A stretch of DNA of 64,000 nt from the NCBI GenBank assembly GCA_945787325.1, contig CALZHP010000002.1:51831-115830 (forward strand), in the 5' to 3' direction. Under the pieces are notes generated by a model that was given only the letters and a program-made list of their open reading frames with translations, was not told the origin of the DNA and did not search any database. A program made the position numbers and the translations under genes. The stretch comes from an uncultured Desulfobulbaceae bacterium. GTDB lineage: Bacteria; Desulfobacterota; Desulfobulbia; Desulfobulbales; BM004. Shown piece after piece: positions 39,286-49,903 of this stretch (its first letter is position 1; each line of letters starts with the position of its first letter).

Positions 39286-39489
39286 TTATGATGAGGCATC
39301 CTCTACAGCGAGGGTGGTTATGCCACCCATAAAATCTATTTTTTTTACGACAGCTTTCGGTACCAGCCTTGGTTCCTCGAACAGAGTGTTTATTTTCACT
39401 CCATCAGGTGTTACCTCAAGTTGAGTGGCATTTTCCATAATTTTTTCTGACTGGCCTTTTTTGTCCAGCATTATACTCATTTGGCACAT
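39286..39489 (-). CDS. cooT: CooT-family nickel-binding protein
   Basis: 67 aa, N-terminal Met-Cys, IMEN, LFEE, IDF pattern. Confidence 0.8.
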   Translation of the reverse strand: MCQMSIMLDKKGQSEKIMENATQLEVTPDGVKINTLFEEPRLVPKAVVKKIDFMGGITTLAVEDASS

Positions 39490-39551
39490 TTGTTTGTAAT
39501 CCTTTATAGTTTGAGTTGAGAATTACCCTTTTATTAGAAAAATTATTCAAC

Positions 39552-40523
39552 TTATACTAGAAACCTGAATTCACCTTTACCTAGCAAGTCATGAAGGTGA
39601 AGTATGCCAGCCAGACGGCCGTTGTGATCCGTTACCGGCAGTGTGGTGATTTCATGTCGTTGCATGATGCTCAGGGCATCAGCTGCAAGAATATCACCCT
39701 TGATAGTTTTCGGGGTGGGTGTCATATCATCTGATGCAAGCCTTTTATCCAGGTCGCTGTGTTTTGTGATAAGACGCCTAACGTCACCGTCAGTAAGGAT
39801 ACCTGCCACCTTATCCTTTTCATCAACTATCAGTACGGCTCCAATATTTTTTTCATTCAGTACCTTTATAGCTTCTAACAAGGAAGTCTCCATTGTAACT
39901 TTTGGAACCAAATCCCCGGTTAACATTACCTCAGAAACATTAACTTTCAGGCGTTCACCTAAACTGCCTCCTGGGTGGTTTCTTCTAAAATCACTAACCT
40001 GAAATTCCTTAAGTCTTAATAAAACAACTGCCAGAGCATCACCCATTGCAAGAGCTGCGGTTGTGCTGGCAGTAGGTGCCAACCCCAAGGGGCAGGCTTC
40101 CTGGGGGACGGCTACATTCAAAACAGCTTGGGCACATCGAGCGAGGGTAGAGTCGGTATTCCCAGTCATGGCAACGATATTAATAGATCGCTTTTGAAGG
40201 CTTGTAATTAACATATTGATTTCTACTGTTTCGCCGCTGTAAGAAATTGCAACAACAACATCACGCGGATCCACTATCCCCAGATCCCCATGCATTGCTT
40301 CGACCGGATGCAGAAAAAAGGATGCGGTACCGGTACTGTTCAATGTGGCAGATATTTTTTGTGCAATGATACCGGACTTTCCAATACCGGTAATGATTAC
40401 CCGACTGGGACATGACATAATCAAGTCAACAGCTTTTTCAAAATCAGGGCCGACCTGATCTACAAGGGAGAGGATTCCCTCCGCTTCTATTTTAAGAACT
40501 TCCTTCGCCTGTTTGATCGACAT
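39552..40523 (-). CDS. kdsD: Arabinose-5-phosphate isomerase (KpsF/GutQ family)
   Basis: GIGKSG, HPVEAMHGDLG, EACPLGLAPTAST, HPGGSLG, two CBS domains. Confidence 0.93.
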   Translation of the reverse strand: MSIKQAKEVLKIEAEGILSLVDQVGPDFEKAVDLIMSCPSRVIITGIGKSGIIAQKISATLNSTGTASFFLHPVEAMHGDLGIVDPRDVVVAISYSGETVEINMLITSLQKRSINIVAMTGNTDSTLARCAQAVLNVAVPQEACPLGLAPTASTTAALAMGDALAVVLLRLKEFQVSDFRRNHPGGSLGERLKVNVSEVMLTGDLVPKVTMETSLLEAIKVLNEKNIGAVLIVDEKDKVAGILTDGDVRRLITKHSDLDKRLASDDMTPTPKTIKGDILAADALSIMQRHEITTLPVTDHNGRLAGILHLHDLLGKGEFRFLV

Positions 40524-40927
40524 GGAGTTAACCTTATGTATTTCTTCCTGAAAGTCAGGGTGTTGTTTATATTACTGAAATTTTATCATTACTTAACAGT
40601 TTCTTAAATCAGTACAAGACAAAATATTTATTGTACCTCGTGTGAGTTGAAATGTAAATCTCCCTAGATAAATCATGAACTCGCTGGGCATCGGATAAAA
40701 AATATACAACAGACGTTTTATTTCTGTATAAAAAAGAATCAATAGAGGCGTTTCCTGATATTATACAATGAGATATTCACCTAGTAATATATTTTATTCA
40801 CTTTAATTTCAGCATGTTAATTAGTTTGCGTACTTTTTGGCACATAAAGTGTTAAGTAAAAGGCAAACGTATGCAATTTGTAAGGCTAAGGATAGAAAGA
40901 TAAAACTTAAATCAAAAGAGGTATGCA

Positions 40928-41407
40928 ATGAAAAGCAAGCAATTGAAAATGGTGGTTGCAGCATTATTCACTTTTGCGCTTATTTATGCCACTGCTGCCA
41001 GTGCCGGACCCGGGTGGGGTCAGCGGGGTGGTGGTGGCTATGGATGCGGGAACTGTGATGGGCCTGTAGCTCAACTAGATGAAAAACAGATTGAAGAACG
41101 TGACAAATTCTTTGACGAAACCCAAGACCTGCGAAAAGAGTTGATTACAAAAAAGGCTGAACTTCGAGCAATGATGAACCAGGAAAATGCTGATCCTAAA
41201 GCTGTAGGACAGCTAAGTGGTGAGGTTTTTGAACTTCAAAGTTCCCTCCAGAAAAAAGCCCGGGAAGCTGGGCTCCCACTGTCTAGAGCAGGAAACTGCA
41301 ACGGTCCCGGAATCAGCGGCGGTAAAGGTTTTGGTCCAGGATACGGTATGATGCGTGGCTATGGCCCCGGTAAGCGAGGCGGCCGCTACGGTGGATCCTG
41401 GAATTAA
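40928..41407 (+). CDS. Periplasmic Spy/CpxP-family protein (ZraP-like)
   Basis: Signal peptide, Gly-rich termini with CGNC, helical core LRKELITKKAELRAMM..DPKAV. Confidence 0.82.
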   Translation: MKSKQLKMVVAALFTFALIYATAASAGPGWGQRGGGGYGCGNCDGPVAQLDEKQIEERDKFFDETQDLRKELITKKAELRAMMNQENADPKAVGQLSGEVFELQSSLQKKAREAGLPLSRAGNCNGPGISGGKGFGPGYGMMRGYGPGKRGGRYGGSWN

Positions 41408-41441
41408 TTATGATAATTCTATAACACCTCCCTTCCTTTCT

Positions 41442-41479
41442 AATATCCCTGGCTGGTTTTCCCGGCCAGGGATATTTTT
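41442..41479 (+). terminator. Intrinsic terminator
   Basis: AATATCCCTGGCTGG-TTTTC-CCGGCCAGGGATATT-TTT. Confidence 0.8.
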
Positions 41480-41716
41480 ATGGCTTAGTAACAATTTAGA
41501 TCTACAACTCCGTGGCATATTTTTATTAGTTCTGTCCTCTTAAGGCGGGTATTGCCTCATATAAAAACTTCGCTACTCATCAAAGTTTCGTAATGCTCGT
41601 TTTCTACTTATCCAAATTCTCGAAGTCTACTCTTATTTACTTAACCATCTTGTCATTAGTTACGAGTTTCTGATTCCTTCCTTGTTAAGAAAACAGCTCT
41701 GCTGTATAAAGGGCGC

Positions 41717-42289
41717 ATGGATTTTCTGACAATATTTGTTATTGCTTTGGCCCTTGCGGTTGATGCGTTTGCAGTTGCTTTGGCTACCGGTGTATGCCTT
41801 AGGGTAGTAAGCTTGCGGCAGACTTTTCGGCTTGGTTTCCATTTCGGGCTCTTTCAAGGATTAATGAACATTGCCGGCTGGGCTGCGGGATTAAGCTTCA
41901 GAGAGCTAATCGAAAGCGTTGACCACTGGGTTGCATTTGGTCTCTTGTCATTCGTTGGTATCAAGATGATAGTAGAGGCCGTAGGCGGCAGGAGTGAAGA
42001 TGCGCAGAGAATAGATCCAACCAGGGGCACGTCAATGGTTATGCTTTCGGTGGCAACAAGTATAGATGCTCTTGCCGTAGGTTTGAGTTTTTCTTTGCTG
42101 AATATCTCGATATGGGTGCCTGCATTGGTGATCGGTATTACTGCCGCAGTATTAACTACAATAGGTATGCATTTAGGGTGTCGTTTAGTTGGAGTAGCTT
42201 CAAAAATTGCTTCAAAGGTTGAGATTTTCGGTGGACTTGTCCTTATAGGTATCGGTATAAAAATCCTACATGAACATGGTGTTTTTTAA
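41717..42289 (+). CDS. mntP: Manganese efflux pump MntP family
   Basis: ALAVDAFAVA, FGLFQGLM, DHWVAFGLL, ATSIDALAVG, GGLVLIGIG. Confidence 0.92.
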   Translation: MDFLTIFVIALALAVDAFAVALATGVCLRVVSLRQTFRLGFHFGLFQGLMNIAGWAAGLSFRELIESVDHWVAFGLLSFVGIKMIVEAVGGRSEDAQRIDPTRGTSMVMLSVATSIDALAVGLSFSLLNISIWVPALVIGITAAVLTTIGMHLGCRLVGVASKIASKVEIFGGLVLIGIGIKILHEHGVF

Positions 42290-42317
42290 AAAATACGCCT
42301 TCTATTAGCTGATTCAA

Positions 42318-42359
42318 TCAATAAGTCCCGTGTTATCTTCTAGGCACGGGACTTATTGA
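42318..42359. terminator. Bidirectional terminator between convergent mntP and FKBP genes
   Basis: Perfect 15-bp stem TCAATAAGTCCCGTG...CACGGGACTTATTGA. Confidence 0.75.
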
Positions 42360-42372
42360 AGTATTTAAATGG

Positions 42373-43086
42373 TTAATTCTTCTCTTTCTGTTCTTCAATT
42401 GACAGCAATTCAACTTCAAAATCCAATGTAGCGTTGGGCCCGATTACACGCCCAGCTCCTTGCTCACCGTATGCAAGTTTCGCAGGTATATATATATGAT
42501 GTTTACTTCCGACATTCATTAGTTGCAACGCTTCAGTCCAGCCAGGAATAACTCCACTTACTGGGAAAACAGCCGGTTCATCCCTCTCATATGAGCTATC
42601 AAATTCATCACCGTTAATTAGCTTTCCACGGTAATGAACTTTAACCGTATCAGTCTGCTTTGGTTTTTCACCATCACCTTCTCGTAGAATTTCATACTGT
42701 AGGCCACTGGCAGTAGTAATGACACCTTTTCGTTTTTTGTTTTCTGCGAGAAAAGCTTCGCCTTCTTTTAAGTTTTTATCAGCAAGTTCCTTAATCATCT
42801 TTGCCTGCTTCTCCTGCATTTTTGCAATAAACTGCTGTTTGATTTCAGCAGCCTGCTCTGGAGTGAGAAGTGGAGTATTACCTTTAAAACCATCAACCAG
42901 GCCATCGGTGAGTATATTGATATCGACATCATCTTTCATGTTTTGCAGAGAAGTGCCAATCTCCAACCCAACAGAATAACTGAGCTTTTCTGTGTCGCTT
43001 TTTAGTGGGGATTCTTCACCAAACGCCTTGGATATTGGCAATAAAGCCACAATAATAACGGTCATCACAGTAATAATTCGTTTCAT
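42373..43086 (-). CDS. FKBP-type peptidyl-prolyl isomerase (FkpA/Mip-like)
   Basis: Signal peptide from MKRII (AGGAG RBS), LSYSVG, SGLQY, HYRG..FDSS, VIPGWTEAL, LAYG. Confidence 0.95.
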   Translation of the reverse strand: MKRIITVMTVIIVALLPISKAFGEESPLKSDTEKLSYSVGLEIGTSLQNMKDDVDINILTDGLVDGFKGNTPLLTPEQAAEIKQQFIAKMQEKQAKMIKELADKNLKEGEAFLAENKKRKGVITTASGLQYEILREGDGEKPKQTDTVKVHYRGKLINGDEFDSSYERDEPAVFPVSGVIPGWTEALQLMNVGSKHHIYIPAKLAYGEQGAGRVIGPNATLDFEVELLSIEEQKEKN

Positions 43087-43168
43087 ATTAACTCCTTTTG
43101 TTGTGGAATTTTTATTATTGTAAAGATTATTTACTTTATTGTGTGATCTATAATTCGTTCTACTACAA

Positions 43169-43441
43169 TTAATCCTTTTCCCAAGGAATCTTTGGCAGGC
43201 GGTTGAGAGCCTTAATGAATTGCTCTTCGTTATACCTTCTTCCCTGCCCCAGGACTTCAAAGACTTCCGAAGCAACAACATAACCGATAAGCTTACGAGC
43301 CTCACCTTCTGCAATACCTTGAGACATTAGACGTTTTAACGTTGCCCTGGTCTCGGGAGGTTTTCCGTCACGGAGTTGATTTTCAACAACCTCAAGAATT
43401 GCATTTCGAAGCTTTTTGTTTTCATTATCCGCCAAATTCAA
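43169..43441 (-). CDS. Conserved hypothetical protein
   Basis: EVVENQLRDGKPPET..LKRL motif; GAGG RBS before TTG. Confidence 0.7.
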   Translation of the reverse strand: MNLADNENKKLRNAILEVVENQLRDGKPPETRATLKRLMSQGIAEGEARKLIGYVVASEVFEVLGQGRRYNEEQFIKALNRLPKIPWEKD

Positions 43442-43520
43442 CCTCGCTCCACTATAAAGAAAAATCTACTACAACCAGTCAGCGCATGTCTTGTCCCAAT
43501 AGATAACCCGGTGGTCGGGT

Positions 43521-44147
43521 CTATGGTAAATGAGGTGGCCCCAGTGCCAGCATCTGTGCCAGAGTGAGTTTAACTTTCGGGGCATTTATCCGCCTTGAAC
43601 CAAGAAAATCTACTTCGAGCTCGACCATGCTGCGGAAGAAATTTGTGCGATCCATTTCGGATCCATTATATGGTGTATCTTTTTGAAATTTTACTAAATC
43701 TTGGCACCTGAAGCAGCCAGGAAAGCTAATCTTATGGTCGTCAGGGCGTTTAAATGAGGCTGGCACACCGTGCAGGCGGCAAATCATAAGCCGGTGGGAA
43801 TAGAGGACACAGAGGCCGTTTTCATTAAGAGGACACATCAGGTTGGGGCGTTCACCCCTTACGAGCATTTTTTCACTTTCAGTTATATATGTTTCTACCC
43901 GTTCCATTATCCGGGTCACAACTTTGTCGGGAAGTGACCTGATCCCTTCCCATAAATATGCCCATTCGACATATGTATGGTGCAGGAAATAACTGTCACA
44001 ACAGTTGTCCTTACATTCATGGCATGAAAAATTCAGCTCTTTAGCGACCTGGTCATAATTTTCCTCCATGTCTTCGTAGAGTTCTGAAATTCTATTTGAT
44101 AATTCCCTACTTAAAGTGAGTTCTTTCATTGTGCTGCAAAACGGCAT
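43521..44147 (-). CDS. Cysteine-cluster protein, YkgJ-like
   Basis: CHECKDNCC, CPLN..LCVLYSHRLMICRLHG, GCFRC. Confidence 0.75.
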   Translation of the reverse strand: MPFCSTMKELTLSRELSNRISELYEDMEENYDQVAKELNFSCHECKDNCCDSYFLHHTYVEWAYLWEGIRSLPDKVVTRIMERVETYITESEKMLVRGERPNLMCPLNENGLCVLYSHRLMICRLHGVPASFKRPDDHKISFPGCFRCQDLVKFQKDTPYNGSEMDRTNFFRSMVELEVDFLGSRRINAPKVKLTLAQMLALGPPHLP

Positions 44148-44285
44148 TAATTTATACTTTGGCCATTATCGTAAAAAGGGATCTTGTTAACATATTACTT
44201 ACAGAAAATAGTTCTACGAAAAAGGTTTATATGCAGATAAAGCGGGACAATTAAACCATTAATAAAGAAAAAATGAAAATATAAT

Positions 44286-44894
44286 TTAGCTTTGCTCTTC
44301 ACTGGTAGTTTCTTGGAATTTCTGTACTATGTAAGTTTCAACTTCTAAATCACCATCTTTCCAGGAGTCCATATTTAATCCGGCCTTATTGCATAAGTGA
44401 GAAAGGAAATTTTCAGGCTGTGGCAGTTGGTCCCAGACTTGGGGGAGAAAAGTTGCGCATGCTATACCTTTGCGGATAATCACGCCATCAACATTAGGCC
44501 GCAGGCAGTTAAGAAGGTCATTACCATCCTTATACTGTAATGCCTGTGGTTTTGTAAGAATACTGACTTCGATATCTACCCGGGAGAATTCATCAGGGGT
44601 AAGCTGCGAAAACCGGGGATCATTGAAAGCCGCATTTACAGCGTTTCGTTTCACACCTGCATAGATAGATTCTTCTCCGGAAAGGCTGCCAATACATCCT
44701 CTTAATTGACCTTTAATTTTAAGGGTGACAAATACACCGAGTTTTTCTTTAAAGATAGGTTCTTCAAATCCATATTCAAGCCCATTATGTTCAGAAATAC
44801 CAAGTTCTTTTGCGATGGTTGCACGTGCTAAACGAACTAGAAGTTGTCCTTGCCGGTCTGTTAGTCTTAGGTTGTTTCCACTAGTATTATCCAT
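44286..44894 (-). CDS. amrA: AMMECR1-domain protein (AmmeMemoRadiSam protein A)
   Basis: GVFVTL..LRGCIG, AAFNDPRF, EVSILT, ATFLPQVW, LCNKAGL. Confidence 0.92.
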   Translation of the reverse strand: MDNTSGNNLRLTDRQGQLLVRLARATIAKELGISEHNGLEYGFEEPIFKEKLGVFVTLKIKGQLRGCIGSLSGEESIYAGVKRNAVNAAFNDPRFSQLTPDEFSRVDIEVSILTKPQALQYKDGNDLLNCLRPNVDGVIIRKGIACATFLPQVWDQLPQPENFLSHLCNKAGLNMDSWKDGDLEVETYIVQKFQETTSEEQS

Positions 44895-44948
44895 GTTTTA
44901 ACACTATAGCCCGTTTATGATTTTGTGAGGTTCCATTGAATAATACAG

Positions 44949-45983
44949 CTACCATTCAATACCGAGCATCAGGCAATTAATGCCACTCCCTATTCCGAGA
45001 AGAGCAGCTCGCTGACCGGACTGCAGAGCATTCTTCTCTATACCGATTGCCATAGTGATCGGTGCTGAAACTGAACCGACATTTCCAAAAAATGGGAGTG
45101 TTTCAAAATTTTTCTTTGGGTCAAGAGCAAGAGTTTCAAATAGCAAACTTGCGTGAGCCTTTCCTACCTGGTGACTAAAGAAAACATCCACAGAATCACC
45201 ATCCCATCCCAATTCTCCTTTAAATTTGGTCCAGGCTGCCATAGCGGTTTCTACCCCCCGCTTTAAAAGCTCTTCAGAATCGGTATCCATCAAGGTAGAG
45301 CCTGATTTCATGTCTCCCCCCTGACAGAGATCGATGTGTGAAGTATTAGCGAGAAAAGTACCGCCAACCAGCTTATGCCCGGTTTCGTTATGTTTTGCAT
45401 TTCCCATGACAAGGGCCACTGAACCAGAACCAATGGTAAGTGAGGCAAAGGATGATTTGATAGATTTCCGGGTTAATCCTGAGTCAGCAAGCAATTCGGT
45501 AATTGTAGATTCAAGGAGATTCTCAGCTGTTTCTCCAGCAACAAGCAGACCATATTTAACTTGTCCCAGTTCAATCATGTTTGCCAGCATAATCATACCG
45601 TCCAGAAAACCGAGACAGGCGTTGGATATATCAAAAATCAGGCAATTTTCCTGTAGGCCAAGATGTTTATGAACAAAAGAGGCGGTTGCCGGTTCCATCA
45701 TGTCTCGTGATACTGAAGTGAAAATCAGACACTCAATCTCGCTAGCATCAATGCCGGAAGCATTGAGGGCATTTTTGCCAGCGAGGGCTGATGCTTCGCT
45801 GGGTTTTGTACCTTTTTCCCAGAGACGTCTTTCACTGATGCCGCTCATGAGTTCCAATCGGCCTTCAGGTAGTTTTAGACGTCTATACAGAGGAGAAAGC
45901 CTTCTTTCAATGTCTTCTGAAGTAAGAATTTTTGGTGGGAGTTCATACCCGAAGGAATGTAAGCGGACGTCATTGTATTTCAT
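44949..45983 (-). CDS. oleA: OleA-like acyl-CoA condensing enzyme (thiolase/KAS III superfamily)
   Basis: SRDMMEPATA (OleA Glu), FDISNACLG (catalytic Cys), IELGQ, LTIGSGS, HQVG, GNVG, LGIGSGINC..GIEW. Confidence 0.8.
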   Translation of the reverse strand: MKYNDVRLHSFGYELPPKILTSEDIERRLSPLYRRLKLPEGRLELMSGISERRLWEKGTKPSEASALAGKNALNASGIDASEIECLIFTSVSRDMMEPATASFVHKHLGLQENCLIFDISNACLGFLDGMIMLANMIELGQVKYGLLVAGETAENLLESTITELLADSGLTRKSIKSSFASLTIGSGSVALVMGNAKHNETGHKLVGGTFLANTSHIDLCQGGDMKSGSTLMDTDSEELLKRGVETAMAAWTKFKGELGWDGDSVDVFFSHQVGKAHASLLFETLALDPKKNFETLPFFGNVGSVSAPITMAIGIEKNALQSGQRAALLGIGSGINCLMLGIEW

Positions 45984-46041
45984 AATATAGTGCCGGGGCA
46001 AATAAAAAAAATATCAATCAGTATAGGTTATTATAGATCAG

Positions 46042-46845
46042 TTAATCAACTACTCTCGAAATGATGTCAGAGTCGAAATAGTTTATGGCCATGCCGGCAT
46101 CAACTACAATGTTCTGAGCATTAATTCCTGAGGACCTTTCTGATAGGAGAAACGCGGCAAGATCGGCCACTTCTGCAGTTTTAACACCTTTATTTCTTGG
46201 GATAACTTTTTCCGCAAAAAGATAGCTGTCGATATAGCCGGGGATTCCCGCGGAAGCTGAAGTTTTAAGAAGGCCCGCACAGACAGCGTTGAACCTGACC
46301 TGTGAAAATTTTGAAAAGCTTTTAGCCAGAAAGCATAAAGATGATTCAAGTGCAGCTTTAATAGGGGCCATGTAGCCATAGTTTTCTGCAGCCATTCTGG
46401 TAGTTGATATAGAAATTGTTATCACTGAAGCCGTTTCCGCAAGCATATTTTTGAATTGGTTACATATGGCCACTAAAGAAAAGCATGAAATGTCCAAAGC
46501 CTGCAAAAAATCTGCTTTAAGTGTTTCGTGGAAAGGTTTCATCCCTTCAGAATAATTTGCAAAAGCAATTGAATGAACGAGGCCATTAATTTTTCTGTTG
46601 CCAATGGTAGAAGCAATTTCTCCTTTAACGCGGGAAATATTATTCTCATCCACAACGTCACAAACAAAAACATGTGAGTCAGGGAAAAGTTTTCTGGCAG
46701 TTTTCCTGCGTTCTTCAGTTCGTACAACATGTATTACTTCAGCGCCTTCCGTAACAAGGGCTTTTCCTATAGCACAGGCTACTGATTTTTTGTTGGCTAG
46801 GCCAAAAATAACAAATAACTTTTTGTTTAAATTGAGGAAACTCAT
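46042..46845 (-). CDS. fabI: Enoyl-ACP reductase, FabI-like SDR
   Basis: [28 protein letters not shown] (YxxMxxxK), SASAGIPG. Confidence 0.8.
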   Translation of the reverse strand: MSFLNLNKKLFVIFGLANKKSVACAIGKALVTEGAEVIHVVRTEERRKTARKLFPDSHVFVCDVVDENNISRVKGEIASTIGNRKINGLVHSIAFANYSEGMKPFHETLKADFLQALDISCFSLVAICNQFKNMLAETASVITISISTTRMAAENYGYMAPIKAALESSLCFLAKSFSKFSQVRFNAVCAGLLKTSASAGIPGYIDSYLFAEKVIPRNKGVKTAEVADLAAFLLSERSSGINAQNIVVDAGMAINYFDSDIISRVVD

Positions 46846-47276
46846 AATGGTTTATGTGTGATGGTTTGGTGTCTAAGCATATATATTGGCAGTCCATCCA
46901 AGGAATTCATAGTGACTTCAAAAATCAAAGTACAAGAAAGAGAATCAAAAAAATACCTTAATGGTTACGCAGTCTTTCCCTTAAGCCAGAAGAAACCTCA
47001 TGTTTAATGTAACTATTACTGAAGGGTAGCGCAGTTTATATATGCCGGCTCATGATGTCAAAGTAATTTTGAATTGATTTAGCTGACCTAATCATTAATA
47101 AAGGTATAACGAGCAACAATATCAGACAAATCGCCCTAATTTTTCATAATTTATTGGTCGTTAGACCACCTGTACTCGTCTGTGTGTTCACTCTCTGTAA
47201 TTATCTCCGAAGTACTCTTAAATATATTAATAATTTCCCTTGTCCAATTAATAAACTTACTGCTATATTTGTCGCC

Positions 47277-48938
47277 ATGAAATCTTCAAAGCCAACTACT
47301 CGGACCAAGTTTATTTTTGTTACCGGAGGGGTTCTTTCCTCTCTTGGTAAGGGATTAGCGGCGGCATCCATAGGAGCTTTGCTGGAAAGCCGCGGGTTGA
47401 CGGTTACTTTTCAGAAACTCGACCCATACATTAATGTTGATCCCGGAACCATGAATCCTTTTCAGCACGGAGAGGTCTTTGTTACTGACGATGGTGCTGA
47501 GACAGATCTGGATATGGGGCATTATGAGCGTTATACCAATGCTGTTATGGCCCAGATAAACAATTACACTTCAGGTCGCATCTATCATTCTGTTATTTCC
47601 AAGGAGAGGCGAGGTGAATACCTTGGTGGTACAGTACAAGTAATTCCCCACATCACCGATGAGATTAAAAACTCTATTCTGCAGCTTGCAGATACTGTTG
47701 ATGTGGCAATTATTGAGATTGGCGGCACAATCGGTGACATAGAAAGTCTGCCATTTCTGGAAGCCATTAGGCAGTTCCGTTTCGACATGGGGAAAGAGAA
47801 CTCACTTTTCATTCATGTTACATTGGTTCCTTATATTAAGACTGCTGGGGAAGTTAAAACTAAACCTACTCAGCATAGTGTTAAAGAATTACGGGCAATA
47901 GGTATTCAACCGGACATATTGCTCTGCAGGACTGAAGGCCAACTGAACCAGGGCTTGAAGGATAAAATAGCGCTATTCTGTAATGTTCCTACTGAAGCTG
48001 TAATAACGGCTCGTGATGTTGAAAGTATTTATGAAGTGCCGCTTTTGTTCCATAAAGAAAAACTGGACGATAAAATCCTGGAGCTGCTCAACATTTGGGC
48101 AAGAGCTCCTCGCCTTGCTCCCTGGAAAGAGCTTGTCAGAAAAATAAAAGAACCGAAAAACAAGGTTGTTATTGCTATAATCGGTAAATATGTTGAGTTG
48201 ACCGAATCCTACAAAAGCCTGCATGAATCTCTGGTTCACGGTGGTGTAGGTAACGATGCCCAAGTGGAACTTCGTTATGTAGGTGCCGAAGATCTTGAGA
48301 AAAAGGATGCGAATCAGAAAAAGCTTCTTGATGGCTGTCATGGCATCCTGGTTCCAGGTGGTTTCGGGCAGCGCGGTGTTGAAGGGAAAATGCGTGCCAT
48401 AACTTACGCCCGAGAGCAGAAGATACCTTTTTTTGGAATTTGTCTTGGTATGCAATTAGCTGTTGTAGAGTTTGCCAGAAACATTGCGAAAATGAAAGAC
48501 GCCCACAGCACGGAATTCAATAAAAAAACAAAACATCCTGTCATATACCTTATGAAAGAGTGGTACGATTATCGTACTGAGAAGGTGCAGGTTCGTGATG
48601 AAAAATCGGATATGGGCGGGACTCTCAGATTGGGCAGTTATCCTTGCCGCCTGCAGAAGTCAACCTATGCCTCTAAAGCTTACGAAGAGGAAGAAATTCA
48701 AGAGAGGCACCGGCACCGGTATGAATTCAATCCTGAATTTCGTGATGAATTGACGAAAAAAGGACTTGTTGTAAGTGGTGCTTCTCCAGACAACAACCTG
48801 GTCGAAATAGTTGAGCTTTCTGATCACCCCTGGTTCCTTGGCTGTCAGTTTCACCCCGAGTTCAAATCTAAACCCATGAAGCCGCATCCCCTGTTCAGGG
48901 ATTTTATCAAGGCAGCGCTTGACTATTCCGCTTCCTGA
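47277..48938 (+). CDS. pyrG: CTP synthase
   Basis: [44 protein letters not shown]; start at ATG 47277. Confidence 0.99.
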   Translation: MKSSKPTTRTKFIFVTGGVLSSLGKGLAAASIGALLESRGLTVTFQKLDPYINVDPGTMNPFQHGEVFVTDDGAETDLDMGHYERYTNAVMAQINNYTSGRIYHSVISKERRGEYLGGTVQVIPHITDEIKNSILQLADTVDVAIIEIGGTIGDIESLPFLEAIRQFRFDMGKENSLFIHVTLVPYIKTAGEVKTKPTQHSVKELRAIGIQPDILLCRTEGQLNQGLKDKIALFCNVPTEAVITARDVESIYEVPLLFHKEKLDDKILELLNIWARAPRLAPWKELVRKIKEPKNKVVIAIIGKYVELTESYKSLHESLVHGGVGNDAQVELRYVGAEDLEKKDANQKKLLDGCHGILVPGGFGQRGVEGKMRAITYAREQKIPFFGICLGMQLAVVEFARNIAKMKDAHSTEFNKKTKHPVIYLMKEWYDYRTEKVQVRDEKSDMGGTLRLGSYPCRLQKSTYASKAYEEEEIQERHRHRYEFNPEFRDELTKKGLVVSGASPDNNLVEIVELSDHPWFLGCQFHPEFKSKPMKPHPLFRDFIKAALDYSAS

Positions 48939-49042
48939 AAATGTGCCGCTCGATCTGACAACCGAACACATCTGCCCGCTTTACATTTTGATGTTGCAGG
49001 TCGGATTATGACGTATCAATTTCTCAGCCGGTTATAAATATC

Positions 49043-49894
49043 ATGGAACCAGTTGCAATTGAAACTCCCTCAGATACTACGTCGATAAAGATTGGCAAGG
49101 GGAACCCCTTTCTCCTGATTGCCGGACCCTGTGTCCTCGAATCGGAAACGATGGCGCAAGAGACAGCCCAGCGTTTAAAGAAAATAACCGATAAGTTGAA
49201 TATACCCTTTATTTTTAAAGCTTCTTTCGACAAAGCAAACCGTACTTCACTGGATTCTTTTCGAGGACCCGGCTTGAAAAAAGGGCTAGAGACACTAGGT
49301 CGTATACGGGCTGATGTAGGGGTGCCGATAGTATCGGACATTCATGAGACCTCACAGGTAAATCTAGCTGCCGAGGTACTGGATGTTCTGCAAATTCCTG
49401 CTTTCCTCTGCAGACAGACAGATTTACTTGTTGCAGCTGCAGAAACCGGTAAACCTGTCAATATTAAGAAAGGGCAGTTTCTGTCTCCTTGGGATATGCA
49501 GAACGCTGTTAATAAGGTGAGGTCCGCTGGAGGGAAAAAAGTAATTCTTACCGAACGAGGTTTTTGCCTGGGGTACAATAATCTTGTTGTCGATATGCGT
49601 TCGCTGCCGATCATGCGTTCATTTAACTGTCCGGTCATATATGATGCCACCCACAGTGTTCAGCTTCCAGGTGGAGCCGGAGGCAGTTCCGGTGGTCAGA
49701 GAGAGTTTATCCCTCCTCTGACCAGGGCTGCAGTGGCAGCAGGGGTTGACGGCCTTTTTATGGAAGTGCACCCTGAACCAGACCAAGCGCTCTGTGACGG
49801 TCCTAACTCTCTGCCCATTGATCAGTTGGAAGCCTTGCTGCATTCCCTTCTTAAAATACGTACAGCAGTTGCAGATAACCCAGAAATTTCGTGA
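49043..49894 (+). CDS. kdsA: KDO 8-phosphate synthase
   Basis: [40 protein letters not shown]. Confidence 0.98.
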   Translation: MEPVAIETPSDTTSIKIGKGNPFLLIAGPCVLESETMAQETAQRLKKITDKLNIPFIFKASFDKANRTSLDSFRGPGLKKGLETLGRIRADVGVPIVSDIHETSQVNLAAEVLDVLQIPAFLCRQTDLLVAAAETGKPVNIKKGQFLSPWDMQNAVNKVRSAGGKKVILTERGFCLGYNNLVVDMRSLPIMRSFNCPVIYDATHSVQLPGGAGGSSGGQREFIPPLTRAAVAAGVDGLFMEVHPEPDQALCDGPNSLPIDQLEALLHSLLKIRTAVADNPEIS

Positions 49895-49903
49895 GGATCA
49901 GGT

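Noticed and set aside
41480-41716. yybP-ykoY manganese riboswitch expected upstream of mntP
   Set aside because: The conserved GGGGAGUA-type core is not visible.
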